A stretch of DNA of 64,000 bases from Octopus vulgaris. Its lineage: Eukaryota. The notes under the pieces were generated by a model, which made no database searches, was not told where the DNA came from, and saw only the letters and a list, made by a program, of their open reading frames with translations. The first letter of the stretch is position 1. Each line of letters begins with the position of its first letter. Positions 12,330 to 25,442 of this stretch are shown in pieces. The stretch lies in assembly GCA_951406725.2 (NCBI GenBank), contig OX597830.1, positions 2,914,001 to 2,978,000 of the forward strand, in the 5' to 3' direction. A program made the position numbers and the translations under genes.

Positions 12330-13340
12330 AAATTTAGGACTGTGATGGGGATGAAAGCAGCTCCTCCTCTGTTGATTTAGTTATTGGCTGCCCAGAGATT
12401 ACGACATAGCAAAAATCACTAGGAAAATTTGGAAACTCTTTCTTGAAATATATACAAGAAAGCTAGGAAAGGTACTGAAATTGTAACAGGCATTTTTCTA
12501 TAAACTTTTGGACTTCATAAAGTATCTTTCATTCAATTTTTACCATCCAAGACACTCCAGAATAAATGTTCCCTATAACCTAACCAAAAGAATTTACACA
12601 ATAGAATCCAGTTGAAACATCTGTAACATAAAACCCCAAGAAATGAAGGAAGCACTACTTGAGAGGAATTACCCATCATCTTTAATCGATAATGGAATAC
12701 AACAACCCAAGAAGTTCAATATCCAAAAACTAAGACGAAGAAAAAGCAAACAAATAAATATATCAGAAATGAAATCCCTAACGTGCATTTCCACTAACAA
12801 GCCCCCAAACAATAAGGCCCACAATATTATATTCTAAAATGTACCAACACTGAAAAGGACCTCAGCCCCAGCCAAGTCCTCCAAACACATGTCATCATAA
12901 AGAGCAAAAGACAACCCAAACCAAATAATGAACAAATGCCAAATCCAAATAATAACAATAGGATCAATGGTAAAGAAATGCTGAGGACCCAACAGTCATC
13001 TATTTTCATCTGATGGAAGGACCGGAGATCCATTTTAAACAAGGAAAACTTTTCACAATGAAAAATACTTTCTTCGGTGCCTCTGGAAACCTTAATTTAT
13101 ACATTCACCTGCCCAAGATGTGGGGAGCATTACATAAGACAAATAGGAGGATAATTGAAACAACGAATCAGTCAATATAGATCACAAATATGGGAATATA
13201 GACAAACAGTACTTGTTGAACATATAAATACGGGCAGGTAACAACCAAACTTTACGATTTTCCTTTTATAACAATTTAGCATTTACTCAATTCAACAACA
13301 ACGCAACAACAAAGAAATGAGCTTCCTAAACAAATACTGA
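12330..13340 (+). mobile_element. Penelope-like element remnant (RT C-terminal half + GIY-YIG endonuclease)
   Basis: HPRHSRINVPYNLTKRIYTI, MKEALLERNYPSSLIDNGI, IIKSKRQPK, then LIYTFTCPRCGEHYIRQ (GIY-YIG). Many disruptions. Confidence 0.8.
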
Positions 13341-13824
13341 GAAAGGGAGATAACTACTGCCAACTCTACTATAGCCTTTACCCGGAGGAGATACTGAATA
13401 CTACAGCTACTACCAACATCCTCTCCAGCTGTTCTTACCTGCAGGGTCAACAACAATCAGAAGAAAGGAAACACCAGTAATGTGTTTTTGAAGAGAAAAA
13501 CATGTGAACTTTCAGAACTGGTATCAGGAAAGAGGAATTTATTCATCTTATTTTAATTTTCCTTTTGTTTCATCATGAAGAGATCGTCTTTAAACCAAGA
13601 ATAACCGAAACATTTTCTTGCTTTTATCCATAATAAAGAACATCCCTGTTGGACATTTAATATGAATTTACTTGTGTGGAACCTCTTTGTCATTCCAATA
13701 CATATATTATGTGTATGTATATGTGTGTGTGTGTGGTATAAAACAAGTATTTTAAGTAAACTACACCAAAACATTCCTCATGAAGCTTTTAAGGAATACC
13801 ATTTCTTAACCGCTACATTAATTA

Positions 13825-15520
13825 TCATCATCATTGTTTAACGTCTGCTTTCCATGCTAGCATGGGGTGGATGATTTTGACTGAGGGCTGGCGAACCAGC
13901 TGGCTGTACCAGGCACCAGTCTGATGTGGCAGAGTTTCTACAGCTGGATGCTCTTCCTAAAGCCAACCACTCCGAGAGTGTAGTGGGTGCTTTTACGTGC
14001 ACCCGCCACGAGGGCCAGTCAGGCAATACTGACAACGGCCATGCTCAAATGGTGTTTTTATAAGCCACCTGCACAGGAGTCAGTCCAGCAGCACTGGCAA
14101 CGACTTTGCTCGGATGTTTTTTCATGTGCTACCAGCATTTTTATGTGCCACTAGCACAGAAGTCAGTCAGCTGCTCTACCAACGATCACACTTGGATGGG
14201 ACTCTTAGCGCTCCACTGGCATGGGTGATAGTCATCGAATTTCATTCAATTTCGATTTCACTTGCCTCAACAGGTCTTCGCAAGGAGAGTTTAGTATCAA
14301 ATGAAGGAAAAAGTATGCATAAGTGGGCTGGATACACCGCTGGCATAGTCCACGGGTTATAGTCTCACTTGGCTTGCCGAGTCTTCTCACGCACTGCATA
14401 TTTCCAATGGTTTCGGTCACTAGTCATTGCCTCGGTGAGGCCTAATGTTCAAAGGTCATGCTTCACCACCCCATCCCAGGTCTTCTTGGGTCTACCTCTT
14501 CCACAGGTTTCCTCCACTGTTAGGGTGTGACACTTCTTCATACAGCTGTCCTCATCCATACACAACACATGACCATACCAGTGCAGTCATCTCTCTTGCA
14601 CACCACATCTGATGCTTCTTATGTCCAACTTTTCTCGCAAGGTGCTTACACTCTGTCGAAGTATGCACACTGACATTACACATTGAGTGGAGCATACTGG
14701 TTTCATTCCTTGTTAGCTTACATATATCCTCAGCAGTCACAGCCCATGTTTCACTGCCATGTAGCATGGCTGTTCGTACACATGCATCACACTGTCTACC
14801 TTTTACCCTGAGTGAGAGGCCCTTTGTCACCAGCTCTCTGAACTTTGCCCAGGCTATTCTTATTCTAGCAGCTACACTTTCAGCGCACCTTCCCCTGCTA
14901 GTGACTTGGTCCCCTAGGTAATGAAAGCTATCAACTACTTCTAGTTTTTCTCCCTGGAATGTAGTGGAAGTTGTTCTCTGCACATTTCAGTGTTTATTGC
15001 TCCTGAGCATTTGCCATATACAAAAACTATCCTCCCAGTTAGCCTTCCTTTGATATTGCTGCATCTCTTATGTGTCCATAGCTTACACTGGGTACATCTT
15101 ATAGAGTTTCTACCAAACACCTTTTCTACAGATCAAGCAGAGCCATCTACCTGAAGGGATTTGTGGCTTGTCTGCCTTCCTACTTATTAGGACTTTGGTT
15201 TTAGCTAGGTTGACTCTAAGACCCTTCAATTCTAATCCTTGCTTCCACACCTGAAACTTCTCCTCTAGTTCTGACTCAGCAATTAGAGCAAGGTCATCAG
15301 CATAGAGGAGTTCCCAGGGGCATCTTGTCTTGAATTCCTCTGTTATTGCCTGGAGGACTATGTTAAATAGGAGGGGCTGAGGACTGAACCTTGGTGGACC
15401 CCTACCTCTACCTGGAATACTTCACTGTACTCATTGTAAAACCCTCACCTTACTGACAGCGTCCCTGTACATGGCTTCCACAGCTCTCACTAACCATTCA
15501 TCTGTCCCTAGTTTCCTCAT
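13825..15520 (-). mobile_element. 5'-truncated RTE-clade LINE (RT remnant, PHD-like insert, repeat-containing 3' UTR, (GAT)n tail)
   Basis: MRKLGTDEWLVRAVEAMY, GVHQGSVLSP, LLYADDLAL, LEVVDSFHYLG, AMLHGSETW. Tail catcatcattgtttaacgtc at the left end. Confidence 0.92.
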
Positions 15521-16245
15521 AGTTTATATAGGGTGGTGGTGGTGGTGGTGGTGGAGGAGGAGGAAGTCTTGGCAAAGCAAGTGGTAATCGAAAGAGAGAG
15601 AGACAGACAGACAGACAGAGTGAGGCCAAGAGAGAGAGAGAGACAGACAGACAGAGTTAGGTTGAGAGAAAGAGAAACAGAGTGAGGCCAAGAGAGAGAG
15701 AGAGAGAGAGAGACAGAGTGAGGCAGAGAGAGAGGGGATACCAGAGTGAAGGTGGTCATAACACGAGGGAGAAGAATATACTTTGGGGATTTGGGGAGCA
15801 TAATTTAACTAAACAGTAAATGTTGATAATAGTAAAATAGAATTGAAAAATCTGAGAGTTTTCCAATCTAAGACAAAATTAGAGAAATAAGTGACCGTGT
15901 GATAAACTTTAACAGATGAATGAATGAATATGTTGTGGTTAAGGAAATGCGTGAACTAAGGTTATCTTAAAGGTAACAACAGGGAAGACGAAACTATTGA
16001 AACTTTATTTACATGAGGATATGGTACTGAAATCGAGAGAATAATGAATAGAACTAATAAGGGTTTATGATCTGTGCAGAAATAGAAGAGTAGATGAACG
16101 AAGTTGAAAAAACATAAAAGCTGTTATCTGAGCATCTTCTGAGATTCGTATACTTCAGCAGAGGCATTAAAAATCGAGTAAGGGAATCCAAGTGCATGTG
16201 CTAGTCTATATAGGGTGGTGGTGGTGGTGGAGAAAGTCTTGGCAA
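15520..16245. repeat. Segment bounded by ~45-55 bp direct repeats (15520-15575, 16202-16245)
   Basis: tagt(t/c)tatataggg(tgg)n...aagtcttggcaa occurs at both ends. Confidence 0.7.
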
Positions 16246-17708
16246 CATTCATTTATTATATTCAAATAAACCTATTTTTGTTATTCTTTTTACATGATGT
16301 GTTATTTCATTCCTCACTTTTGTATCTGCAGCTTTTCTACTGGTGCCAGTTATTCTAATTTGTGCCATATTTATCTCGATTCCTGTTTCACATGTTTAAG
16401 ATAAACAACATTAGGCACTAGTGTACTTTCACGCCTCACCTTACACTTAAGCTTTCGTTTTTCACCTCACAAATTTAGTTTTTAACACTATTATTTTAAC
16501 ACTTAGCTTTACAGGCAAGTTTGATTTGATTAGGGACCATCTCTCTGAATTTAACGTGAATTCAGACGTTTGGCGACAAAACATTTTCCGTTTCATGGCA
16601 CATCAAGCCAACACTGATATTTATCATGTGTAACATTGAGTCTGTTGTTTTTATTGCTTTACTTTTATTTTCTTCTCTTCTTTTTGTAGCTTTACTCGGA
16701 AGTCTTGATTTTATCATTTGCATTGTTAAAATTGTTTTTATAAATTTCATACCTTTTTAGTTGCCTTGATTTTATCATTTGTGACCTCATGGTTGTCGTT
16801 TTTAAGGCATTGTTATTAGAGTTGGAGGTAAAAGTTTTCTAGTGAAAATGGATAAAAATCAAGCTTAGAAACGGGACTAGCATCCATGATTACATTTCCA
16901 CAATTGTAAAATTACAAATTCGTTCATCAAACAAAAACTTAGGGTGAGTTCATAGCCATGTGTTTGACCACCCACCCATATGCTTGTGTTGTTTGTTCAG
17001 AGTCTATCATGACCTCTTCAACAACATCTAAGAAATCATATTTTCAGGATATTTTTTAGCTATTACTATGTGGCAACACCACCACGATGCAATGTTTCAA
17101 AACTACTTTGATTCTTCAGTAGATTCCCAGTTTGTTTTACAGCCATTGGGGAATTTTTCTCTTAGCTGACTGAAAAATAACAATTTTTCTTAGTTAACCT
17201 CAAATTGATAAAAAGGAAAAGAATTCATATTCTTAAAGACACTGTGAGATTGTGAGATTTCATGAGACCTATTCAGAGGGAAAAGGGGTTCTGTTTTCTT
17301 TTTTTGTGTGTGTGTGTGTGTGGCTAAATATGGAGCTGAATATTGTTATACATTAAAAACTAAAATATCCCAAGATAATTCTTCAATTAAAACCCAACAT
17401 GTAATGCATTGGCGAGATTCACCATTTTGCAATCTTAGCCTCAAGTAAACTCACTTCAAAGAAATTGAAAAAATTTGTTTAGCACAAGCAAATTATATTT
17501 TCATATTTTAAATAAAAAAAGCTAAATGATTAAATATTTTGATATAAAGTTCAAATGCATATTTTTCGTAATATATCAAAGAAAGTTGCTCGTATATACA
17601 ACAGATTGTGTCAGTAGACTGCAAGAGATATATATTAAGTAAATATGAAATTATATGGGGAACATATCATAAAGATCACCTGAAATCATATATTAAGCTA
17701 TATTTATA

Positions 17709-17845
17709 CGGTGGTGAGCTGGCAGAAATGTTAGCATGCCAGGCAAAATGCTTAGCAGTATTTCGTCTGTTCTGAGTTCAAATTCCGCCAAAGTCGACTT
17801 TGCCTTTCATCTTTTCAGGGTCGATAAATTAAGTACCAGTTGTAT
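17709..17845 (+). mobile_element. SINE family A copy (3' truncated)
   Basis: ggtggtgagctggcagaaatgttagcatgcc...gagttcaaattccgcc...gtcgataaattaagtaccag. Confidence 0.85.
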
Positions 17846-18638
17846 CATTAACGGTGTTACCAAATTTCAAATTTTCTCTCAAATTTCATAAACTAATCTT
17901 CTCACCTCAAAGAATTATTAATGAATTATTAGGCAAGAACCTTTATGTGGTCACATGACTTATGAGAAATAACAGTAAAATCTCCTCGAAACTCTCACGT
18001 TAAAGAACAACATGAAAATAATCCAAACAAATTTATACAGAAAAATCAACCACAATTCAGATAAGTTGTTCTCAGTGCAGTAAATTCTATCTGCATCTGC
18101 CAGAGGATAGTAAATATAAATTCAGGAAAGTCAAAATCCAGAATAAATTAATAAAATGGTTTTATTCCATTATAATCACAGACAAGGAAAATATATTCAT
18201 TTCTTGGCTATAAGGGAATCTGAGTGTGACAAGTCTCATCAATAAGATATGACAAACGATAAACGGATTTCAAGTTTGATGACAAAATATTGAGGAAATT
18301 AGGTGAAATGTTTCAAAATGAAAATTATTCAGAAATATACACTGAGTGGCATTGAAGTATATATGCATTTGTAAGTGTGTGTGTGTCTGTGTGTGTCTGT
18401 GTGTGTAAAAGGTTGAAAAGTAACACACGAGTTGATATGCATAAGGAAAATAGGACAAAGACAATCATATATTCTTTCAGGCCTGCTACTAACTATTTGC
18501 CAATCCTTCACAAAAGTAAAAGAGAGAGAGAGAGAGAGAGAAAGGAAAATGCCCCATGTATTTGAAAACTATGGAAATATTTTTTTAAAGCATATCATTT
18601 TATTTTTCCACAATTTAATTGTTGTTTTTCATGCTTTA

Positions 18639-18681
18639 TTTTAAGTTGAAAAAGTCATAAAGGCTGAAACCGGTACTAAAA
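18639..18681 (+). ncRNA. Degenerate minimal type I hammerhead ribozyme
   Basis: ttttaag-TTGAAAA-agtc/ataaa/ggct-GAAA-ccgg-TA-ctaaaa. Stems I and II and the palindromic ACCGGT stem III are present; the core is mutated from CUGANGA. Confidence 0.55.
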
Positions 18682-18749
18682 TGTTCCTCATGATAAAAAT
18701 TATTTTAGCATCTTCTACCTGGTTTTACTTTCCTTAAATATATATGTAT

Positions 18750-19135
18750 GAAGACCCATTGAACTGAGTGAAATAGTAGTTGTGACCAATGCCAGTGCCA
18801 TTTGACTGGCACCCCCATGCCAGTGGCATATAAAAAGCACCATTCGAGCATTGGGCCTCATGGAGTGACAGGTGACCAAGACCCTTGGTGATATATCATG
18901 CATATGTTGACCTGTCATGCCAAGTGAAACCATAGTTGTGGCTGATGCTGGTCTCAAGTCAATGGCACGTAAAAAGCACCCACTACACTCTTGGAGTGGT
19001 TGGCATTAGGAAGGGCATCCAATCGTAGAAACCTTGCCAATTCAAACTGGAACCTGATGCAACCCCTCCCCCCAACTTTTCAGTTATCAGCCCAACCGTC
19101 CAAACCATGCCAACATGGGTTAAATGATGATGATG
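18750..19135 (+). mobile_element. RTE LINE 3' UTR fragment
   Basis: ggcacgtaaaaagcacccactacactc...aggaagggcatcc...tgatgatgatg tail. Confidence 0.8.
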
Positions 19136-19190
19136 AAATAAATATATAAATATATACAATCAAAATAAACAACAAGGATATCCAGAGGTA

Positions 19191-19279
19191 ATGCAGTACG
19201 ATCGTTTCATGCGACTCCATTTAATTGAACAATGCAAATATTACATCAATTTAAAATGTAGAGCAATCCTCAGCTGCAT
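19191..19279 (-). ncRNA. Type I hammerhead ribozyme, near-intact
   Basis: Minus strand: AUGCAG-CUGAGGA-[long stem II]-GAAA-CGAUCG-UA-CUGCAU. Stem I is 6/6 Watson-Crick, the core is canonical, stem III is palindromic, and the cleavage triplet is GUA. Confidence 0.8.
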
Positions 19280-19755
19280 AAAAATATAGAATTTAGTTAA
19301 ATTCAAAGGATTCATTTGTATAATTTTCTTTTTATCCAAAATCACCAAGAGGATAAGGAGATAGACAAAGAACATGCTTTATCAATAAACATCATATTTG
19401 TAACTGAGATTTTTTCAAAACAGACACTGCTTATCACTGATTATTTCTGTTATTCAGATTTACTAGTAGGGTAGGGAGTAGGGGTTAGTTTTAATTTATA
19501 GACTAGTTCCTTTCTGAACATTTCCCCCAAGTCCCTTCATTCCAGTTTTTTAGAATACCCATATATTTCCTATCAGCCCTTCAGGCAAGCACCTGGATTC
19601 AGTTTTCCTCTAATTCTCATGTGTGAAACCGATTGGTAAAACTGGTTGAAATGGATCTGTAATACTGAATTGAATAAATGTTAATATATCTATGAAACTG
19701 AGAAACATATGAGTGCCTGTTTTCTCTAACTTGTGGATTCTTAGATAAATCTCTG

Positions 19756-19811
<56 letters not shown>

Positions 19812-19902
19812 TTAATTCATGCATCTACACACTTATATTTCAGTTTACGGCTTGATATTATTCTGAAGTGTCTTTTTCTATTAGCTACATTAATGTACCA
19901 GG

Positions 19903-19934
<32 letters not shown>

Positions 19935-21171
19935 TACATTGATACAACAGTCAATCATAAGCTAAAACTATAATCTATTTTTTAGTGTCACTTTATCTTG
20001 CCATGTTATATAACTTTCCATCAATATTACGTTTGTTCAGAAAAACACGCAATTAGGAAACAGCATTTCCATTTGTTTCATGTCATTAATATTGAAAAAT
20101 CGTCATATTTTATCAATCAATAAAATGTCGTTGCCCTCTGTTTTATCGAACATTATATTACGAGGTAAAAGCCCGCATTTCATACAAAAGTTACAATTTC
20201 ACAGTTGACAAAAGCCATATTTTGTCCACTTGATATGTTTGTACTTCCTATATTTAACACCAGACAATCATAAATTCCATTAATACACTCATGAAAAGAA
20301 AGCTGTATACTTTGGAAATCTAATTAATATTAATGATTAGGACTTATAATTCTCTTCCTCAATGACAAATGACATTTAAATATATACAACACTAAATGAT
20401 CGAGTGACATTTAAATAAATATAACACCAGGCAGCCTATTTCAACTTTTTTCTGTTGCTGAAATGGCAATTACTGTTTCCTATAAAATCATTAATTCTGA
20501 ATTTCGATCTGGAAACTAAATTTCCTTATCACTTGTACATTTTCTACAACCAAAGACAACACTTTTTTGTCTCGTTTTATTCTTCAGCTTTTATTTCAGA
20601 AGATTGTTTATCTTCTGTGTCAAGTTTATATTGCCATTAGTATACCCGTGTTGTCAAAATAGTGGCATTTAACAAAATTGAGCTTAAACTGGTATTTAAT
20701 AAATGTGATAATACAACATACATTTCATATATCTGATAGAGGCTTGTATAGTAAGATTATTTAACTTTCTATTGACAATTCGTTGAAGGATTGGTTCCAA
20801 AGAGAATTAAGTACAAAGGATGTTTTTATATAAATTGTTTTGATTTTTTATTGAAATCAAAACTGAAAAGAAAATTTTATATTTAATTTTTGAAGTCTTT
20901 TTCAACTATGAGTTTATTAAACCACTGTCAGAAATAACAGTGATTCACACATAAATTAAAAGTTAATCCTGTTAATGACTTTCTCGAAAGAATGTGAAAG
21001 AAGTCTGTGGAGTTTTCTGTCCACAGTCTAATTACTTTGGTACACATATAAATGATATCACTGACGAAATACCTTGAAAACGAAATGAACTAATCGTCTA
21101 TTCATGATTTCTACCACTGATATGAGAGAAAAAATATGGAAGTAATAAATATAGAATAATTTAGTAGGACA

Positions 21172-21251
<80 letters not shown>

Positions 21252-22319
21252 TAGATAGATTGATAGATACATATATACATGCGCACAAACACACACATAT
21301 ATTTATACAAATATATAAACGTGCAGACAACAAATGTTAATACAGCAGATGCTCGAACGCTGTTAAGAACATACATCATAGTCAGTGAAGCTTTCTCATT
21401 GGCATTGTGCCATAAGACAGCCTGATGACTGACTTTACTAAATTCCCAAAACAGTTTCAGCTCACAGACATCATAGCCTTCAGCTAACCGATTCCATTAA
21501 ACCACAAATGTCACAGAAAGAACAATTTTACTTTGTAAAATGATTTTAAAAACCTTCACATGCAGACAATAGCAGACAGGCAAGTGGGGTGTTTGGCTGA
21601 AAGAGATACGATTGTCGATATCTGGAATCAAACAACTCTGGCTATTCGTTTGCTAATTACAACTCATGCACCATGTTAACTCCATTTGGTTTGGCAGATT
21701 TGGGCAATTATCTGCAAGTAGAACATATGTATGATCTTTCTCTGTTTCAATATCACTAACTGAATCCCAAAAGAATTTTGTCTGATTTTGTTGTTGGAGA
21801 AATCAGTCATAAGTTTACTTCATGTGTCATTGGTTTAGATTTTTAATTCGCATTTTGAAAAGTCGATCTTTTGTTTATTCACTATTTTTCTGAAACCAGT
21901 TATTTTTGTCATTTTTTCCCTTTTTCTGAGATTGGAGGAGAGAGAGCGGTGTCCATGGTTTTTATAGACTCTCCAAGACATTTAGTATAGACATATGCTG
22001 GGATAGAATTCTAATCCTTACCCCCAGGAAGTAAAGACTTGATGCAGGCATTAGCATGAGGATAGGAGGTGGGACATGATGAGAGGACTAGAGACAAGTG
22101 AGAAGGTTTTTGTCTTAGAGGAGGTAATTTGAGGTCAACCTGCTCCACATAGTGGAAGCCATTACTGTTGTGAAAGCAATATATCAATCAGACAAAATCT
22201 TAATGATTTGAGGGTCACATGATTTGAGGGTCACACTGAATCAAAAGGACTGAGAAAGGTGATGCCCAGTTTTCTTACAACCAAAGAAGCAAGTTTTGTT
22301 GTTGATGTTATTGCTTCAC

Positions 22320-22476
22320 TCACGGAGTGGTTGGTGTTAGGAAGGGCATCCAGCTGTAGAAATACTGCCAGATCAGACTGGTGCTTGGTGCAGCCTCCTG
22401 GCTTCCCAGACCCCGGTCAAACTGTCCAACCCATGCTAGCATGGAAAACGGATGTTAAACAATGATGATGATGATG
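22320..22476 (+). mobile_element. RTE 3' end fragment
   Basis: ggagtggttggtgttaggaagggcatcc...catggaaaacggatgttaaacaatgatgatg. Confidence 0.85.
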
Positions 22477-24059
22477 GTGTATATTGCTGACAGACATTGT
22501 AAAATTGCTCTGTTTGATATACATAAACACGTCTAGTTGATGGCCACTGAATGAGTAGACATGATCTGATGCAGTAATTAGGATATGTCATGTGATATGC
22601 TCCCCTTTCACGTGCAATAAAGCAAGACTACGCTTGATCATTATGTAAGCACAAATAATTATTATTTCAATTCACAAAATCTGGACATGACAGAAACATG
22701 CTAAATACACTTCTGAAATCAACAAAAAACAACTAAAATTTGTTTTCTGTGACAAAACCTTTGATGCCTGACATAAAATGTCTACTTCAGCCATAAACAA
22801 CTTTAAAGATTACCTTAAATAATTTTTTGTTAATTTTTGTGTGACATTGGTTTGCATTTGTAAGCTGTTTGGATTCTACTGAATTTCCATAATCACAATG
22901 TCTCTAAATTTTGTTTTATTATTAGAAGCATGGCAGCTGGTTTATTGATTCTGTTTCATTATTTCAACTACAAATTAACATTTTTATATATATTTACAAT
23001 GTTGCTGTTGGCTGTGTGGAACTTTGAACTAACATCTGAATTTTTGAAGTTAAAAAGAATTTTGTTAAAAAATTATAAGTAAACAATAATGAATTTAAAA
23101 AATCACTGTTTCTAATAAAATCGTTTGAAATTGTCAGTAAATAACAAAACAATAACTTTTGTTTTATTTCAAATAATGAACTAAAAATAATAATTGGAAC
23201 ATTGAAAGTCAGTAATGCAGATGTTTGTATCGTGTTAAGATCTTGTTCGAGGCCATGAGTAGCTTCGTTGTTGGAAAATATTTCTATTCAAATTTTTATT
23301 TAAAAAAATTCAAATTCAGAATTTCTGTGAAAGTTAAAATGTTTTTGTTAATTCCTGAGGCAATGCCATGGCTTTTTCTTATGTGTGTTTACAATGTTGA
23401 CATCGTTCTGGTGATCTTGTTTCCAATATTTCTGGTTAGATTTCTTGCAGACATGTCAAGACAAATTCTGTATGAATGGTCACTTAGAATATATATTGGC
23501 GAAGATAATTGACAAACGCCACTTAGAATATATATTGGTTAAATAAATTGGAACGGCGTTGTATAATGGCAGCTTGTAAGAATGACCATATAGAATATAG
23601 TTATTGCCAGGCTGGTTGAATAGTTCCATCAATGATATATGATGGGCGAGGGCTGATAACAATGATCTTATAGAATATATATTGATATGTGGAGCGACTA
23701 AGTAGAATAGTTGATGTATGACTAGGAAAGGGCTAATAATAACGGCCGTTTACAATACGTTCTACAGCATTGGGTGACTAGCAGCAACAGTGATATGAAT
23801 CTATGTGCATACATATGTGCACACACACATATATATACATATATATATATGTATGTATGTATGTGTATGTGTATTTATATGACAGAGGTAAATGATAATA
23901 ATGGCCAGACCATGTAGAATAGATATTTCTAAGCTATGTGAATACTCAGCGTAATGGTGTACAATGTAGAGTGGCTAATAATGATAGCTATATAAAATAT
24001 AAATCGCCATGTATGCTGAATAATGATGTTTAATGGAGATTTTTAATAGACTGCATAGA

Positions 24060-24092
<33 letters not shown>

Positions 24093-24529
24093 TATACATA
24101 TATATATATACATATATATACACATATATATATATATATAAGTGGCAAGAATTTGCCATGATGATGATGATGATGATGGCAAATTCTTGGTGTGATGATT
24201 CATAAAATTGGGAATGATAATGATGGTTTTGTCATGTAGCAAAAAATATAGAAATAACTCAGGTTGATTACTCAAAGACATATTGCTGACATGGAATGGT
24301 TACAGGTATCGCTGAGATCCAGTTTTTCACTATATAAGCTTCTGACTTTAGGTTCAATCCTTTTGTGACAAAACTTTGGCAATTGTCTTCTATCGAGTTG
24401 AATATTTTACATATAGAATTCATAATACTCGTAAATAAATGGCAATAAAACAACAGTGGAATGTAAAGAATATTCTACATAAAGTAAAAGGGATGTCAAG
24501 ATCATTTATAAAAAAAATATTATTATTAT

Positions 24530-24812
24530 AATCGTTTTCTGAATCACTTTCACTTGTAGAAACGACTGGCAATTTACAAGCACTCATGGATGGACTTGTA
24601 GATTTCTTTTTTTAAAGAAACAAGTTTAGAGTTGTTTTCTTAGAAGAATTTTTGTTTTCACTCTCTATAAATTTCTTGGTAACAAGTAGAAGAATTTGTA
24701 CAGTAGTAGAAACTTTTGCACTTCATTCAAATTTTGGATCTTGTCTTTGAAAAATAAAACTCGCAAACTCAGGGTCTTGTAAAGCAGGTCCTCGTAAAGT
24801 GAGGTATTACTG
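24530..24812 (-). mobile_element. Tigger/pogo-like remnant
   Basis: End cctcgtaaagtgaggtattactg|TA (reverse complement TA|CAGTAATACCTC, a pogo/Tigger-style terminus). Minus-strand CYQEIYRE..K..KKTTLNLFL resembles the Tigger transposase C-terminus. Confidence 0.5.
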
Positions 24813-24827
24813 TATTAGTAAAACTAG

Positions 24828-24891
24828 TGATGATGATGATGATGATGGTGATGATGATGTGATGACGATGATGATGACGACGACGACGACT

Positions 24892-24924
<33 letters not shown>

Positions 24925-24925
24925 T
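24828..24925. repeat. (GAT)n/(GAC)n microsatellite
   Basis: Directly visible. Confidence 0.95.
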
Positions 24926-25321
24926 CAATGATGGAAATATGACTGTGTTTGAGTTTGATATTTTTTTGCTAAGGATTTTTCATATTTCTTTATGATTAAT
25001 TTAGAGAAATGTTCTTCTTGAGTTTATTAATGCTTCAAGACCTTCTTGTTCTTATCTTTCTGAATGGAACTGTGGCTATGGTGGCCTCATGCTAATTGAA
25101 ATACTCCAGCCATTGCAAAACCATTCACTGCATCACTTTCCCTCACCTGCTTTGAATGTCTTCAATTACCACTAAACTCATTTTCATTTTACTGTTTTGT
25201 TCCCCGCCCACCTGTCATTGGGACCACAAGCAAAACACATTTGTAAATTGTGATGTGATATATAGACATATTTGATATATGTATGTAGATATAGACAGAG
25301 AGAGAGAGAAAGAGACACACA

Positions 25322-25353
<32 letters not shown>

Positions 25354-25442
25354 GTTCAAATTTCCAGAAAACAAAAGACAAAGACAGGCGTAGGAACAAT
25401 AAGCAGGTGTATTAGTTTAATGCTCTTTTAATATATGTATAT

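Noticed and set aside
17709-17790. tRNA genes at SINE heads (also 33213, 33507, 46053)
   Set aside because: A/B boxes are present, but there is no complete cloverleaf and each continues into a shared SINE body.
21415-21495. Hammerhead-like words (ctgatga on +; ctgaagg...gaaactg...cagtc on -)
   Set aside because: No stem I pairing in either orientation.
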